A DNA stretch of 61,354 bases, filler included, from Globobulimina sp. (taxonomy: Eukaryota): assembly GCA_003354225.1 (NCBI GenBank). It is 21 parts of 21 records of this genome, joined end to end, with 100 filler letters (N's around TTAATTAATTAA, not from the genome) between each part and the next. Parts side by side here need not be neighbours in the genome. Positions count along the whole stretch, not along the records: positions 11,714 to 14,541 come from PIVH01004716.1; positions 14,642 to 17,469 come from PIVH01004717.1; positions 17,570 to 20,397 come from PIVH01004718.1; positions 20,498 to 23,325 come from PIVH01004719.1; positions 23,426 to 26,252 come from PIVH01004720.1; 16 more parts are not named here. The stretch is one strand, 5' to 3'. A program made the position numbers and the translations under genes. The notes under the pieces were generated by a model. It did no database searches, was not told the origin of the DNA, and worked only from the letters and a program-made list of their open reading frames with translations. The stretch's first letter is position 1. Every line of letters begins with the position of its first letter. Below, in pieces: positions 11,714 through 24,000 of this stretch.

Positions 11714-14541
11714 GTCGACGATGGCTTATTGCTGTTAAACAACGTCGAATCGTCGCGGAATATCTGGTCAATTAACGGCGTATTGGAAGCATTGGTTTTC
11801 ACAATTTCGAACCTCATTTCATGCAATATATCCAACGACACTTCGTTGACCAAACACGTGTCAATAATTTTATGCGGTAATTGCAACTTATTGGACAAAT
11901 AATACGTGACATCCGAGGCCAAATTGTATCGGTTTAACCACGACGATCGCTTGCAATATGTGGGCGATTCAAAGCCAATATACCCGTCCGTACATACATT
12001 ATATTTAAAAGGTTTGCTGCCCAAATTGATCATACACGACGTGTTTTGATTTAGTGACAGCGCGGGATACAGTCCGTTATCTATGGAGTGCAGGCCATTG
12101 CCGCTGTTGCTGCCTTTACCAAAGCCATTAAACGCGATCCCCGTCGATTTGCCTTCAAATATAAACTCAATCGTGTTTTCAAACAAATTTAGCTTAACGC
12201 CCACAGTGCAGTTAGGCGACCATGACGCGATACCAATGTCGTCCTTCTCTTCGGTGGTGGTGTTGCGAGGGATGACGTTGCGCGATCGGTGCATGTATTG
12301 CGTATTCGGCCCAACGATGCTCCAGCAATGTCCCTCATAGTCGTTGGACAAGCCGGTATTGCTGGTTTTTCTGTACTTGCGGTCAATGAATCCAATACAG
12401 CAATATTGGCATTGCCCGACAAACGTCACTTCATAATACCACTTGCCGCCACCTGATACACTGCAATCTGCCACGAAGTCGTCAATCAAATATCGATTGG
12501 TAGCGTCGCGAGTGACGCGTAGCGTTAATGACTTACAGATGGTCTCTTTGGATAAGGAGATCATGGACAGTGTGGAGGAGCCGTTGCGATATTTGGTGTA
12601 ATATTCCAAGTGCAGTTTGCGCACTGCCTCATCATCTCCGGCGCCAGTCTGCATTTCTTCGCTTTCGGGCTCTGCGGTGCTTTTCATATCCAATGCTTGC
12701 TGGGCTGACAATAATAATTCCAATAAACATTGAACGTGCGGTCCGGGGAAGGTGCCGGAACTCCAATGTTTGATGGTTTCAGTGCGTAATTCTTCGTGCG
12801 ACCGCTCCAAATTCGAGACAGCATCGACGATCAATGCAGTTATGTCATTTTCTTTGTGGTGTTTCAAATGGTTCCATTCGTTGAATATGGAGGTTGCCAC
12901 CGACGAGATTTGCTGTGCTTCTTCGACGGAAGTGGCGAATTCTAAGCAACGCAATAATTGCAATAATATGATGTCTAAATCGAGCTCAAAGTGATTGATA
13001 TTGGCTTCTAAAACGGCGGATATGTAAGTTAAGCAATGCTGGATGGAGCCATTGAGAATGATGTTTTCCTTCAATTTGAGGAAATGATCGCTGGTGATGT
13101 CGACCACTGTGATTATCACATTGCTGGGCGGCGATCCTTGATACCACGACGAGGACAATACGGTGTAATAGAAGGAGGAGGAAGTTACGATGCAAACATT
13201 GGTGGAATTATCAAACGCAAAACAGCTGAATTGCGCTATTAGATTCTTACATTTCTTGTCACTGTAAATCGTGACATAGGTAGTGCCCATATTAGATAAG
13301 GTGGGATCGGAACGAATGATCAATTTCAATTTCCGACCGATATTATCGCCATTGGAGGAGGACATTTTCTGTATATTGTGGTTAATAGCTGCCGTATCGC
13401 CATCTAATTCGTATTGCTTCTTCTCTTCATCGACGTTGCTATTCATTGAATTGAATCGGAAATACTGTGCGTTTTGCACCGCGGTCCGTTGGTTGTTCGT
13501 ATTCGTAGTGGTGAAGCCACCGCGGCCATAACCAAGCCCTCTGCGGTTACGATTATTATTTTGCTCCCATCGACCATGTACCGCAGCAATTATAGTCTGC
13601 ACTTTCGATTCATTTTTGGTGATTATGTTTTGCCGCGTCGTGGAGGTGAAATTTAATAGAAATGACGAGGAAAATTGAAGTAATAAATTACAATAAATAT
13701 TGTTATTGGCTTCCTTATTTTGCATGCAATATCGCCCAATTTGTTGACTGGTTTTTAATGGATTTAGGTACGATTGAATGGGGTCCAATTCATACGCATA
13801 AAAGGTGTGTAATGACAAACATATATTAAAGATTTGCAATAAGTCGCCTGTACTTTTAATTTTCTCATATAAATTAAATCGCGAGTCATCGGACATGAAT
13901 ATAGATAGCAATGCGCGTCGTAAATGGTGTATACTCAGTGCATAATCAATGGATAGCAGATGGGATAATAAGTAATACGACGATTGGTAGAAAGTGGAAT
14001 CATACCATTCGCCGTCACACATACTCGGCGCAATATCGATGTCGGCCGCAGCTGTTTCATGTGCATTGCCGACTGTATTTGTAATATTCAACTCACGCAA
14101 TCCAGAATCGTCAAATTTATTCCATTTCTCTGCCAATTTCCAGGTATTTTCTAATGTATTCTTGTTATCCAATTTGTAATTTAATTTGTAATCATCGCTC
14201 ATATCTCCGCCCGTATCTGTATTCGTATTCATATCCTCCTCGTTTTTATTCAATAGTTGTTCTTGTTTTTTGGCTGTAATATCCGCTTCTAACCAGTCTC
14301 GGTTTTGTTTGATCCATTTATCCGCAGCAATGACCGTGGTCTTATTATTCTTTTGCAACGCCCGGATCGCCATTTCCTTACTATGCCCCTTTTCAACTAA
14401 TTTCTCAATCATTTTATCATAATATATCTGTTTGGGATACTCACTCTCTTTAATACCGGATAGCAAATGAATAATATGCGAAGTCTCCACATTTACAGCC
14501 ATAATATATAACGATTTAATCATTAATTCATTCTCTTTATC
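11714..14541 (-). CDS. Internal fragment of a giant UBA + SPRY protein (probable E3 ubiquitin ligase)
   Basis: Frame open across essentially the whole contig; UBA (IEKLVEKGHSKEMAIRALQKNN..AADKWI) and SPRY (GKWYYEVTF..CCIGF..TVGVKLNL..LYPALSL). Confidence 0.75.
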
Positions 14542-14641
14542 NNNNNNNNNNNNNNNNNNNNNNNNNNNNNNNNNNNNNNNNNNNNTTAATTAATTAANNN
14601 NNNNNNNNNNNNNNNNNNNNNNNNNNNNNNNNNNNNNNNNN

Positions 14642-16126
14642 ATTATTTATCCTTATTTTATTCAAATTGCTATGCGAAATAATACTTTTTATTAACACTT
14701 GAAATGCATTCAAATCGACTCCAAAATAACATTGAAATTCTAGATTTATCAATGTCACACATTTCGATATTAATGTTGCTAATTCCAACACAGATTCTTT
14801 CCCAAAATGTAACTGTTTGATATTTTTATGCGTTTTATGTCTGTATTTCCCATCATTTTTGTCATTATTTTTTCCTTCCAATTCTTGAGAGGATGATGAG
14901 TTTGAATTTGATTCTAAAGTGAATGGAGTTTCATTTCTGTTTACTAAACAAAACGAATCCGACAAAGGCGACAATTCAAATTCATCCAATTTTGTAAATT
15001 CAATATGGATATATTCCAAATTATGCATTAATTCCTTTGTTGAGTGTATTGTATTTAATAATTTTGATAAATATAAATCTGAGATTGAATTGAATAAAAT
15101 ATTAATTTCCGATAAGTAACAGTGCCGTCTCGCAAATAATGATAAAATATCAATGTATTGCTTTATATCACCACTTAAATGATGACAGAATGAAAATGCT
15201 TTTAATGTTTTACAGCGTATTTGAGAAATATTCAATGAATTAATTATTGAAAAACATGTCTTATCAAATTTATTCACGTCGGATTCAAATAATTCAAATC
15301 GTGACATATCCAAATCTTTAAATCGCTCACTATTCGCTGGAATTGATAATAATTCATCCCATATCCCATCATCTTCAATATCGTTTACAATGATTCGAAT
15401 TGCATCCAAACTCAAATGTTTTTCAATGAAACTTAATAAATTTGAAACATTTGCTTCATTTTTAATGTTTTCTTTGCAGATAAATATTCGAAACGTAGTC
15501 AATGACTTAAATGTATTTAATGGATGGAAATAACTAAAATATTCATAACAATCCAATGGAAAATTCACTAAATCAATACCAATGCTTTGTAATTTTGGTA
15601 AAATGGAACATTGAGTCATTATTCTATTAAATAAGCCGATTATTTTTAATTCAGCAAAGTCATTATTTTTAACAGGAATTAATAGTTCCATTTGAAGATC
15701 AATTAATGTGTGTTTTGATAATTGAATAATATGTAATAATAATGATAGTGTTTTATTTGTCATTGCAACATAAATCAATCGAAATGACATTAATGTTTGT
15801 TTGAGTTCAGATAAAGAGGATGTTATTAATGTTATATCCATATCGATACGAAATGCGTCATTAATCTTATTATTTGTTGATGTTATTTGCAGCAATCTGT
15901 TATAAATTTGTTCAAATAATTTATGGGTCATTTTTGCATTTAAATCAGCGCCATGAATTTCGATTGAATTATAATCTAAATTTATTATACATGTTGATAG
16001 TATAAAATCGTTTTCTTCTCTCCGAATGTTTGCAGATGGGTCGTCATTATCGTTTGATTCAATGCTGTAATTATCATCTTCGTCGTACGGCATCCAATGA
16101 GCATCGGTGTCAACTCTAGCTCTCAT
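14642..16126 (-). CDS. RNI-like/leucine-rich-repeat protein, 3' partial
   Basis: Long ORF with recurring LxxLxL/I segments. Confidence 0.55.
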
Positions 16127-16468
16127 TTTAACTCAACAAGTTTTTGCTAACTAAAATAATGCGGATTGGGAATTTTTGGACTTTAGTACTTTCATCTCGC
16201 AGCTTCGCAGCTTTGTATTAATTTGTTATCACGGATTGACAGTGTTTGAGCGATACTGTACCGCTGAAGTGAGCTAGTCTGTCACCACTTGAGTTTTTAA
16301 CAATTATGTCCAAGGCATGTTTGCACGTTTGACAGTACTAGGAATTGGTTCCGTTGCTTGTTCAATATATGCATACCGCTCATTAGGTTTGATAAACTTT
16401 TACGGAGTTTCTTTTGAATTAATAATTACAATATATTTCCATGCACAGATTATCATTACGTAGCACCA

Positions 16469-17362
16469 ATGAGCACATCAAAAAACAGCACCAAAGAATA
16501 CATTCCAATTCCAATATCAGCTCAAAATACACTGAATTACCACACCTATAACCAAATATTATCCCAATACGTTAAAAATGGAAAAGTAAATTATATTCAA
16601 TTGAGGAAATCTATGATGCGAAATAAAAAAAAAGACTCATTATTCATCCAATGGCTTCATGTTTTATCAAAAGTTGGACCCGATAGCACTCCGAATTTAT
16701 TCACCGATAAAAACGAACAACTCAAATTTTACATCAATGCGTACAACGCATTGACTATTTATGGTGTCATATATCATTCGTTTTATTATAAAAACAATCA
16801 TTCTCTAATATCATCAGTCAAAAATGTGCAATCTCGTTTCCTTCCTTTAATATTTTTTCTTTTAGGAATGAAACAGCAAAGTCTAAAGCGAAGTTTTCAA
16901 AAACTCACAGCTCACAAAGACTCTCGAATACCTAAAACACAACAAACTACAAAGAGAGCAAAAGTCGCATCTATTTTTAGCAGATTAGCAGCAAAAAGAA
17001 TGTCGAATGAAGTATATGTAGCGATCGAAGAACAATTCCCCGATGAACCAGTAGTGTCTTATCAAGATAGCAAAGACAACATCGAGGAAGCATTAGAATT
17101 GAAATGGGATGAAATCAAAGCAATTACCGAAGCCGATGAATTAATGATACATTATCATAAATTACATGCCCATCAACAAGGCGTATTTATGCGAGAATTA
17201 AAAATTGATCAATTGCGAATGATCAATGGTCAAATCATCACAGCATGTAACCGACAGCGGCAACAGCAACGAAATCGAGCGCAACAGCAGCAACCATTGG
17301 GCCAGCAGCAAATACAGCAATTGGTTCAACAAGAAACGCAAAATGAAGGCTTAAAAGTTTAG
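16469..17362 (+). CDS. DUF547-domain N-terminus joined to an unrelated acidic/Gln-rich C-terminus
   Basis: YNQILSQYVKNGKVNY..EQLKFYINAYNALTIYGVI is the DUF547 start; the rest of the domain is missing after ~16850. Confidence 0.6.
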   Translation: MSTSKNSTKEYIPIPISAQNTLNYHTYNQILSQYVKNGKVNYIQLRKSMMRNKKKDSLFIQWLHVLSKVGPDSTPNLFTDKNEQLKFYINAYNALTIYGVIYHSFYYKNNHSLISSVKNVQSRFLPLIFFLLGMKQQSLKRSFQKLTAHKDSRIPKTQQTTKRAKVASIFSRLAAKRMSNEVYVAIEEQFPDEPVVSYQDSKDNIEEALELKWDEIKAITEADELMIHYHKLHAHQQGVFMRELKIDQLRMINGQIITACNRQRQQQRNRAQQQQPLGQQQIQQLVQQETQNEGLKV

Positions 17363-17699
17363 TTTAAAAAAACTATAAAAATTTACAACTTTTTGTTGAA
17401 AAATGATAAGAAGAGAGGCAGTGACCTCACTACACACGGAATTATGAGAAAAATCCCACATTTTTTGATNNNNNNNNNNNNNNNNNNNNNNNNNNNNNNN
17501 NNNNNNNNNNNNNTTAATTAATTAANNNNNNNNNNNNNNNNNNNNNNNNNNNNNNNNNNNNNNNNNNNNGATTTGGCGGAGATGATTTGCTTTTTTTATT
17601 GCCCATCACTGGCACCGAAGTAAAAAAACTAGACAATTCCCCTGGAACAAAGCAGATATAATTTCAGATGTGTTGGATGGAAGTTTATTCCCTTGTGGG

Positions 17700-18169
17700 A
17701 TAAGAAAGTCATTGATACCAAACGCTGGGAATGGTAGATTTTCCAAGGGTTTTATTCCAAAAAAATAGTATTGTGATAAAAAAGGAAATTATAGACATTC
17801 ATAGTAATTCGGTGTGGGGTCATAATAAAATAATTATAAATATATAAACAATTTAATAAATCAAGAGCAAATACTATAAGAAAACTGTATCCTTTTACTG
17901 GAGCTATTGATGATCATTTATGTTTACATACAACTTCAATGCATAACAACCATTCAAATAATCCAAATTATTATTTTAAATTTGAAGATGGTTATTGCAT
18001 CTATAGGACTTTAAGAGATGTGCAGCAAAATGAAGAGCTCTATATAAGCTATCAAAAATTCACATTTCCTGACTTTTATAAACTGTTTTGTAAAGCAAAC
18101 AATTTACAAGATTTGAGTGCGGTTTCCAAGACTTGGGGCGGTCTCAGTCTCATATCCAGTAAGTTGTGA
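17700..18169 (+). pseudogene. SET-domain gene with disrupted 5' half
   Basis: KSLIPNAGNGRF..FIPK (SET-N) followed by stops/frameshift; NHSNNPN..RTLRDVQQNEELYISY (SET-C) is intact. Confidence 0.6.
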
Positions 18170-19139
18170 CATGTATATTCATGTACTTGTTTTGTGTCTG
18201 TTCAGTGCATACATTAGACTACTGCCAATTAAGTTCGGAGGCTTAACATATTAAAAAACTTCTTTGTTTACTACTGAAGGGCTTTAGCTGCAAGCGATCT
18301 AAAAAGTTATTCTTGTCCCTTTGAAACATCTATCAAGATATATATATCCAAAAATTCATTTCAAAATTAGCTCTTACATAAAATTATTATACTCATAAAA
18401 ACCCATAAAAAGCATGGGAATTCCATAACACAGCATAATATATATATCCTTGCATGTTATAATATTTTGTTTGATATATTATGAAAAATATATATGGTTT
18501 TTTTTATATTAAATTACAGAGTATACAAACATATACAACAAAAACACAAACAAAAACACAAATAATAAAAAATGTGATGATTGGGATTTGAACCCAAATC
18601 TTCTTTTAATAGATGCTTTCCTTAAGCCATCATCACAATAAATTAGATGCCGTATGGCATGCCACAAATAATGGAAATAACCACAATAATTCACAGAATT
18701 TCCATCCATTTTTAATGATTGTAGTGCCATAAAACCAGTTTGGCTTATTCAAGAGAACTAATTTCTATTTGACTTATTTGAGGAACCAATTTATGGAAAA
18801 CCTTGAAACGAATCCAATTATTTGAATTCATAAATAATGAAAATAACTTAAAATATCCATATTGGAGACCACGAACATTATTTGTATAAACTAACTCTTT
18901 TTTAAATCATTCAACATTAATATTTATGAAAGTAACTGATTTTAAAATATGATAAAAAATATGTATAATATATGGTGGAAGCGAGGGTGAATTTGTTTCA
19001 ATTGATTTGGATGAGGATAATTTATAATTTATTAACTTAAACCATTTGAAGAGGTAATGCCATTTAAACAAGTTTGTAATACTTTAATGGCCATAATATA
19101 TCATAATCTGTGTTTAATAATAAATCCGTTAAACCAATT

Positions 19140-19560
19140 ATTTCTAATAAAAAGCATTTCTGCTTCAGCTGGAAAATCCGAATGAAATACAATCAAAATA
19201 ATTAATTTTTAATTGTTAATACAATCCCATACATTGCAAAACCGACAGCAACAGCTTTTAAAATAGAGGTTGATGTCGGTGAACAAAATCTTGCTGAAAA
19301 TCCAGTAAACAACATTTTAATATTTATGCCATGATAAAATTGTTTATATTTTGATTGATTCAAACGAATACCAAATACTTCGACTGTTTCTTTTAAACCT
19401 TTCCCTAAATTTGCAAAATAACAATGTCTGTTTTTTAATGATTCATCACTGAATTGGATTGTTTTCGATATGTTTGCTTAATTCTGTTGCGATACAATCA
19501 AAATTTGTGTATAATAATAAACATAAAATATTATTAAATGCAATTATTCTCTTTGAATTA
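19140..19560 (-). pseudogene. Frameshifted mono-ADP-ribosyltransferase-like gene
   Basis: Manual translation across frameshifts: LLYTNFDC..LSK / RHCYFANLGKGLKETVEVFG..FYHGINIKMLF..FCSPTSTS..VAVGFA..GIVL / YFDC / SDFPAEAEMLFI. Confidence 0.65.
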
Positions 19561-20497
19561 TATCCATATACTTTATGTCATACATAATCAGCTTTATTTA
19601 TATTATTTTTATATTGTGAATTGTGATAAAAATAGCGAATTCCCTGCTTCTCGATATAACCACCATCCTCCTTCGTTTTCTGATGCTGATAGTAAACAAA
19701 AAAAACAATTATAAGTGTCAGATATAATTATACAATGTTTTTGTCAGAAAAAAGAAAAAAAAAAGAAGAACAAACATTTTATTTCTCAATTTTATCCATT
19801 CCAATATGCTCCACACGACGTATAATGTCTATATATATGTTTTATTTTTGACTTTTTTTTTATTTTTTATTGCAAAATCGCATGTTGTTTTTGAGATTGC
19901 TTTTAAACTAAGATAGCATATGCTTATGTTACATAGATGTTTCGTATGTAAACCGCTATCGTAGTTTAAAAATCCAATCTCGGCTAGAAGTGACTGTAAA
20001 GGTGACATGCTTTCGAATGTTTAACCTCCGAACTTAATATTATATCATACATTCCATTCCATTGCCTTGTTTTGCAACATCCGATACCGTACAAAAACAA
20101 CCAGTTCATTGCTTTCTATTGGCATTGCTTTCTATTGCCATTTCTTTAATAATTGTATATCCATTGCACCAGTAAATAACCCATTACATCGGCAGTATAT
20201 TGTATAATTGATACCAGCAACTACACTGTCTGCCAGTCTCTGCCTTGATTAATTCATGTATTTTGTTCCATTGGTTTCTGTCAATGTGTGTTTCATTGAT
20301 GCTAGTAGTACATACTATATAGGGCTAGGTTCTCAAAGTAACAAGACGAACACATCCTTTGAAAAAAAACAAAAACACGTTAGTCAGTTAAGTACATNNN
20401 NNNNNNNNNNNNNNNNNNNNNNNNNNNNNNNNNNNNNNNNNTTAATTAATTAANNNNNNNNNNNNNNNNNNNNNNNNNNNNNNNNNNNNNNNNNNNN

Positions 20498-20970
20498 ATC
20501 CGTATGATACAGGAAAGGAATTGCTAGGAAAGTTATTTGAAGGAACAACAAGACCGGGAAGCTTATACCAATTGAGATCCTGTAAAACAAATTTAAACAT
20601 TAATAACAAAAACATATACGATTTTGATTTATTTCATCATGATATTGAAAATGATATAACCTTTGGAAAAAATGAGAATAGCATTAATGTTAATAATGCA
20701 TATATTCATCAATTATTTGAATTAAATGATAATTTGTATCAAATATTTGTGAAAACATTAACAGGGAAAACTATACTGATAAATACATCGCCAAATGACA
20801 CAATTTATACTGTAAAATGCAAAATTCAGGATAAAGAAGGTGTGCCTGTTCAGTATATTCGATTAATATTTGCTGGCAAGCAATTAGAAGATGGGAGAAT
20901 TTTATCAGATTATAATATACAGAAAGAATCCACTTTACATTGGGTTATGCGAAGAAGTGGTGGGATTTGA
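20498..20970 (+). CDS. Protein with a C-terminal ubiquitin domain, 5' partial
   Basis: [58 protein letters not shown]. Confidence 0.88.
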
Positions 20971-21150
20971 CATTTTTACATAGAAAAGGGAAAACACAAA
21001 TTGGTCACCTACTACACGACCAAATATCACCAAATTGTTAATTAATCCTCGACAAAAACCTCTTCTTTAATTCACAAAACATTGTATAATGGGTCATTAC
21101 TTTTGTAGGTTTGTATTGATGAATTTTGAAGGTTTAATTTGTAGGAAAAG

Positions 21151-21780
21151 ATGTTTAAAATAAGACCATCGGATGATGATACTGGTGGATGTAACACTGG
21201 TTCAAAAGCAACTGAACTGATACAATTTGATTTTGGATATGGTCTAAAAGATAGAATTCAAATATGCAAAATTGTGTTACTTGTTTTTGGTGAACAATCA
21301 GGGTTTAAAACACAATTAATTCGGCAATATGCAGATAATAAAATGTTACAACGTTTAGAAATAAAAAATAATAAACAAATTTATAATTTGTGTATTTGGG
21401 ATGTACCAAGTCATATATGTAATGCCTATAATGTTGGTCGGATAGATATTTATTGCCAACATGCTTCGTCAGGAATTATAATAATCGATGTAACCAATAT
21501 TGACGCATTAAATAATGCTCAAAATTTAATCATTTCCATAAGAAACACGAATAAAAGTATATCAATTATTATATTGGCAAATAAATGGAATTCTCAACAA
21601 AGAGTGTTTAATGATAATGATCTTAATATATTCTGTGAAACATATCATGATTTTATAATTTGGAAAAAAGTAGAAATTGAACAAGATGATGAATTAGTAA
21701 ATGAAAACATAATATTAACATATGACAAAACTATAAAACAAATGATATCTAAAGGAATAATGAAAGAAGAAAATCACTGA
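21151..21780 (+). CDS. Divergent Ras-superfamily small GTPase-like protein
   Basis: Degenerate G1 (FGEQSGFKT), G3 (IWDVPS) and G4 (ILANKWN) in the expected order. Confidence 0.65.
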   Translation: MFKIRPSDDDTGGCNTGSKATELIQFDFGYGLKDRIQICKIVLLVFGEQSGFKTQLIRQYADNKMLQRLEIKNNKQIYNLCIWDVPSHICNAYNVGRIDIYCQHASSGIIIIDVTNIDALNNAQNLIISIRNTNKSISIIILANKWNSQQRVFNDNDLNIFCETYHDFIIWKKVEIEQDDELVNENIILTYDKTIKQMISKGIMKEENH

Positions 21781-21992
21781 CTTCATTGCTGAACGTTGTT
21801 ATCATTTTATTCAAATTAAATGTATGCAAACTGTAATTACTGTATTTTGTGTTTTGATTGTAATTCTGTCTTCCAACTTTAAACGATATATTCAGATATA
21901 TAACCCCCCTGTAAACGAGAAAAATGTATACAGGGGGGGGTGCTCGAGTCTCAATATACGTTACTAAATTAGTAAATTTTGAGGTTTTCATC

Positions 21993-23325
21993 ATGTCAGC
22001 AGACCGTTAGTAATAGTTAAAATCTATAAATATAAGTCCAATACTAACTATAAAAACTGATTTATCTTAACGTTACATAGAAAAGAACGACAATCCAAAA
22101 TATCCAACAATAACGCGAGCAGAATTAGCCGGTGGATATTTCAATAAACATGTTGCCTTTGTAATAAAAACGCCCTCTGGATCAGAAATAAAACGTAGAT
22201 ATACAGATTTTGAATGGTTACGTCATTTACTTTGCGTATTATACCCAGGTACTGCATGTATATAATATAATATAACATGATGCGAATCTGCGTGAATTAC
22301 AGGCGCATTTATCCCGCCAATACCACCAAAATTACCAGTCGCCATGTGGCCGCAGGGATATTTATTAATGCGGAAGCGTGAATTACAGCAATTTTTACAA
22401 CGCTTAGAAGTGATTCCATATTTAAAACGAGAAGAAGTGACTTTATTTTTTTTAACCAATCATGGGAATGATTCCTTTGATAAAGAACGAAAAAAATGGG
22501 AGAAACAACACCCAAAACCAAGTGATAAACAGTTATTTGATAAATTATCGCAAATTTTTCCTAAAATCCATGAGACGAAAACACCGCAAGATATGGACAA
22601 AAGATGTAAAGAATCGAGGAAATTAATAAACGAAAGTATAAAACAATTGGAAATTATGGTTAAATCCTCTGAATCTTTTATTAATGTAACCAAAGAATGT
22701 TGTGACTGTATCAATGAATTTCGCACTTATTTTGATGACTTATTACGCATTGAATATGATTATGTGGAGCATAAAAGTAATAATCATATAACAGAGAAAC
22801 GCATTGATATCTCGCCCTATATTTGTCAATGGAAAATGTATAAAATGGATGAAGCAAATAATATGAATATTTATTATATCCCGACCTTAAATCGGGCACT
22901 GAATGACTTGCGAGTGATACGCGAGATATTGAATGGGAGAGATAAGATACAATCGGATTATGCTGAGGCAAAAAGGAGAGCCAATATATGGCACAATAGC
23001 AGCGGTAGTGGCAAAGCAGTGCGATCCTCCGATTTGGCTAAAAAACATCGTGAGGTTCAAAGGGAGGAAGATTTGAGGAATTTGCGTGATTTTGTGGAGA
23101 AATTGGTGTTGGGACAGTTGAATGTTGTGTTTTGTGCAAATACGCGGCGATGGAAGAAATCGTGTCATTTGTTTGCAGAGAAACATTTAATTGCACTCGA
23201 AAAGGTGTTGGGTTCATGGAAGGGTTTAACCAATAAAATATTACAAAATCAAGGCAATACGGATGCTATGTTTAAAGCAGTTCCTATTGAAACTATTGAT
23301 GATGATGATGATGAGGATGAGGATG
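21993..23325 (+). CDS. Sorting nexin (PX-BAR), 3' partial
   Basis: ATG 21993, introns 22006-22080 and ~22249-22302; PX motif KRRYTDFEWLR..LYPGAFIPPIPPK..RKRELQQFLQRL, then a helical BAR-like region. Confidence 0.88.
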
Positions 23326-23425
23326 NNNNNNNNNNNNNNNNNNNNNNNNNNNNNNNNNNNNNNNNNNNNTTAATTAATTAANNNNNNNNNNNNNNNNNNN
23401 NNNNNNNNNNNNNNNNNNNNNNNNN

Positions 23426-23930
23426 GCGCCGTAGTAATAAGTTGGTTGTAACTAAATGTATGACAGATATCAATATTATCAGATTGCATACGTATCCATA
23501 CTTGCCGAGAACATTTAAATTCCAAATCGTTGCCATTTGAGACGGAGATATTGAAACAAAATTCTATCGAATTATCTTCATTCTGCCATGGCCAATCACG
23601 CAGAAGTATGTCATATCGTATTTCATTGTTTTGTGGAATATCTGCAACGTTCATTTGCAGGTATCCTCGATTAGATAAAATTGGTTCAAAAAATGTCTAT
23701 ATATGTATACATACAAACATAGATTTGGTGCAAGTTGGAAATTATTATATACACCAAACTGAGTTGCGCCAATCTTGTGTCGTAAATTGAGTATATGTAT
23801 TGGATAAAACTGCCTCTTCATTTGCATCAAACTCAATCAACGAAGCAATACTTATATCAAAACTTACATTCGTACACTTACATAATCTCAAAAATAAATT
23901 CAAAGTGAGAAACAAATACATCTGCGACAT
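23426..23930 (-). CDS. Hypothetical secreted protein, 3' partial
   Basis: Signal-peptide-like start; intron ~23760-23697 joins the two ORFs in frame. Confidence 0.5.
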
Positions 23931-24000
23931 GACGATAAACTAAAAAAAAACTACAAAGTTAAATGTCTAACTTAAACATGCAACGCCATCCGTACTAACT

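Noticed and set aside
17570-20397. Stop-codon reassignment as the cause of broken ORFs
   Set aside because: The breaks include frameshifts, and conserved genes elsewhere end at TAA, TAG and TGA without internal stops.
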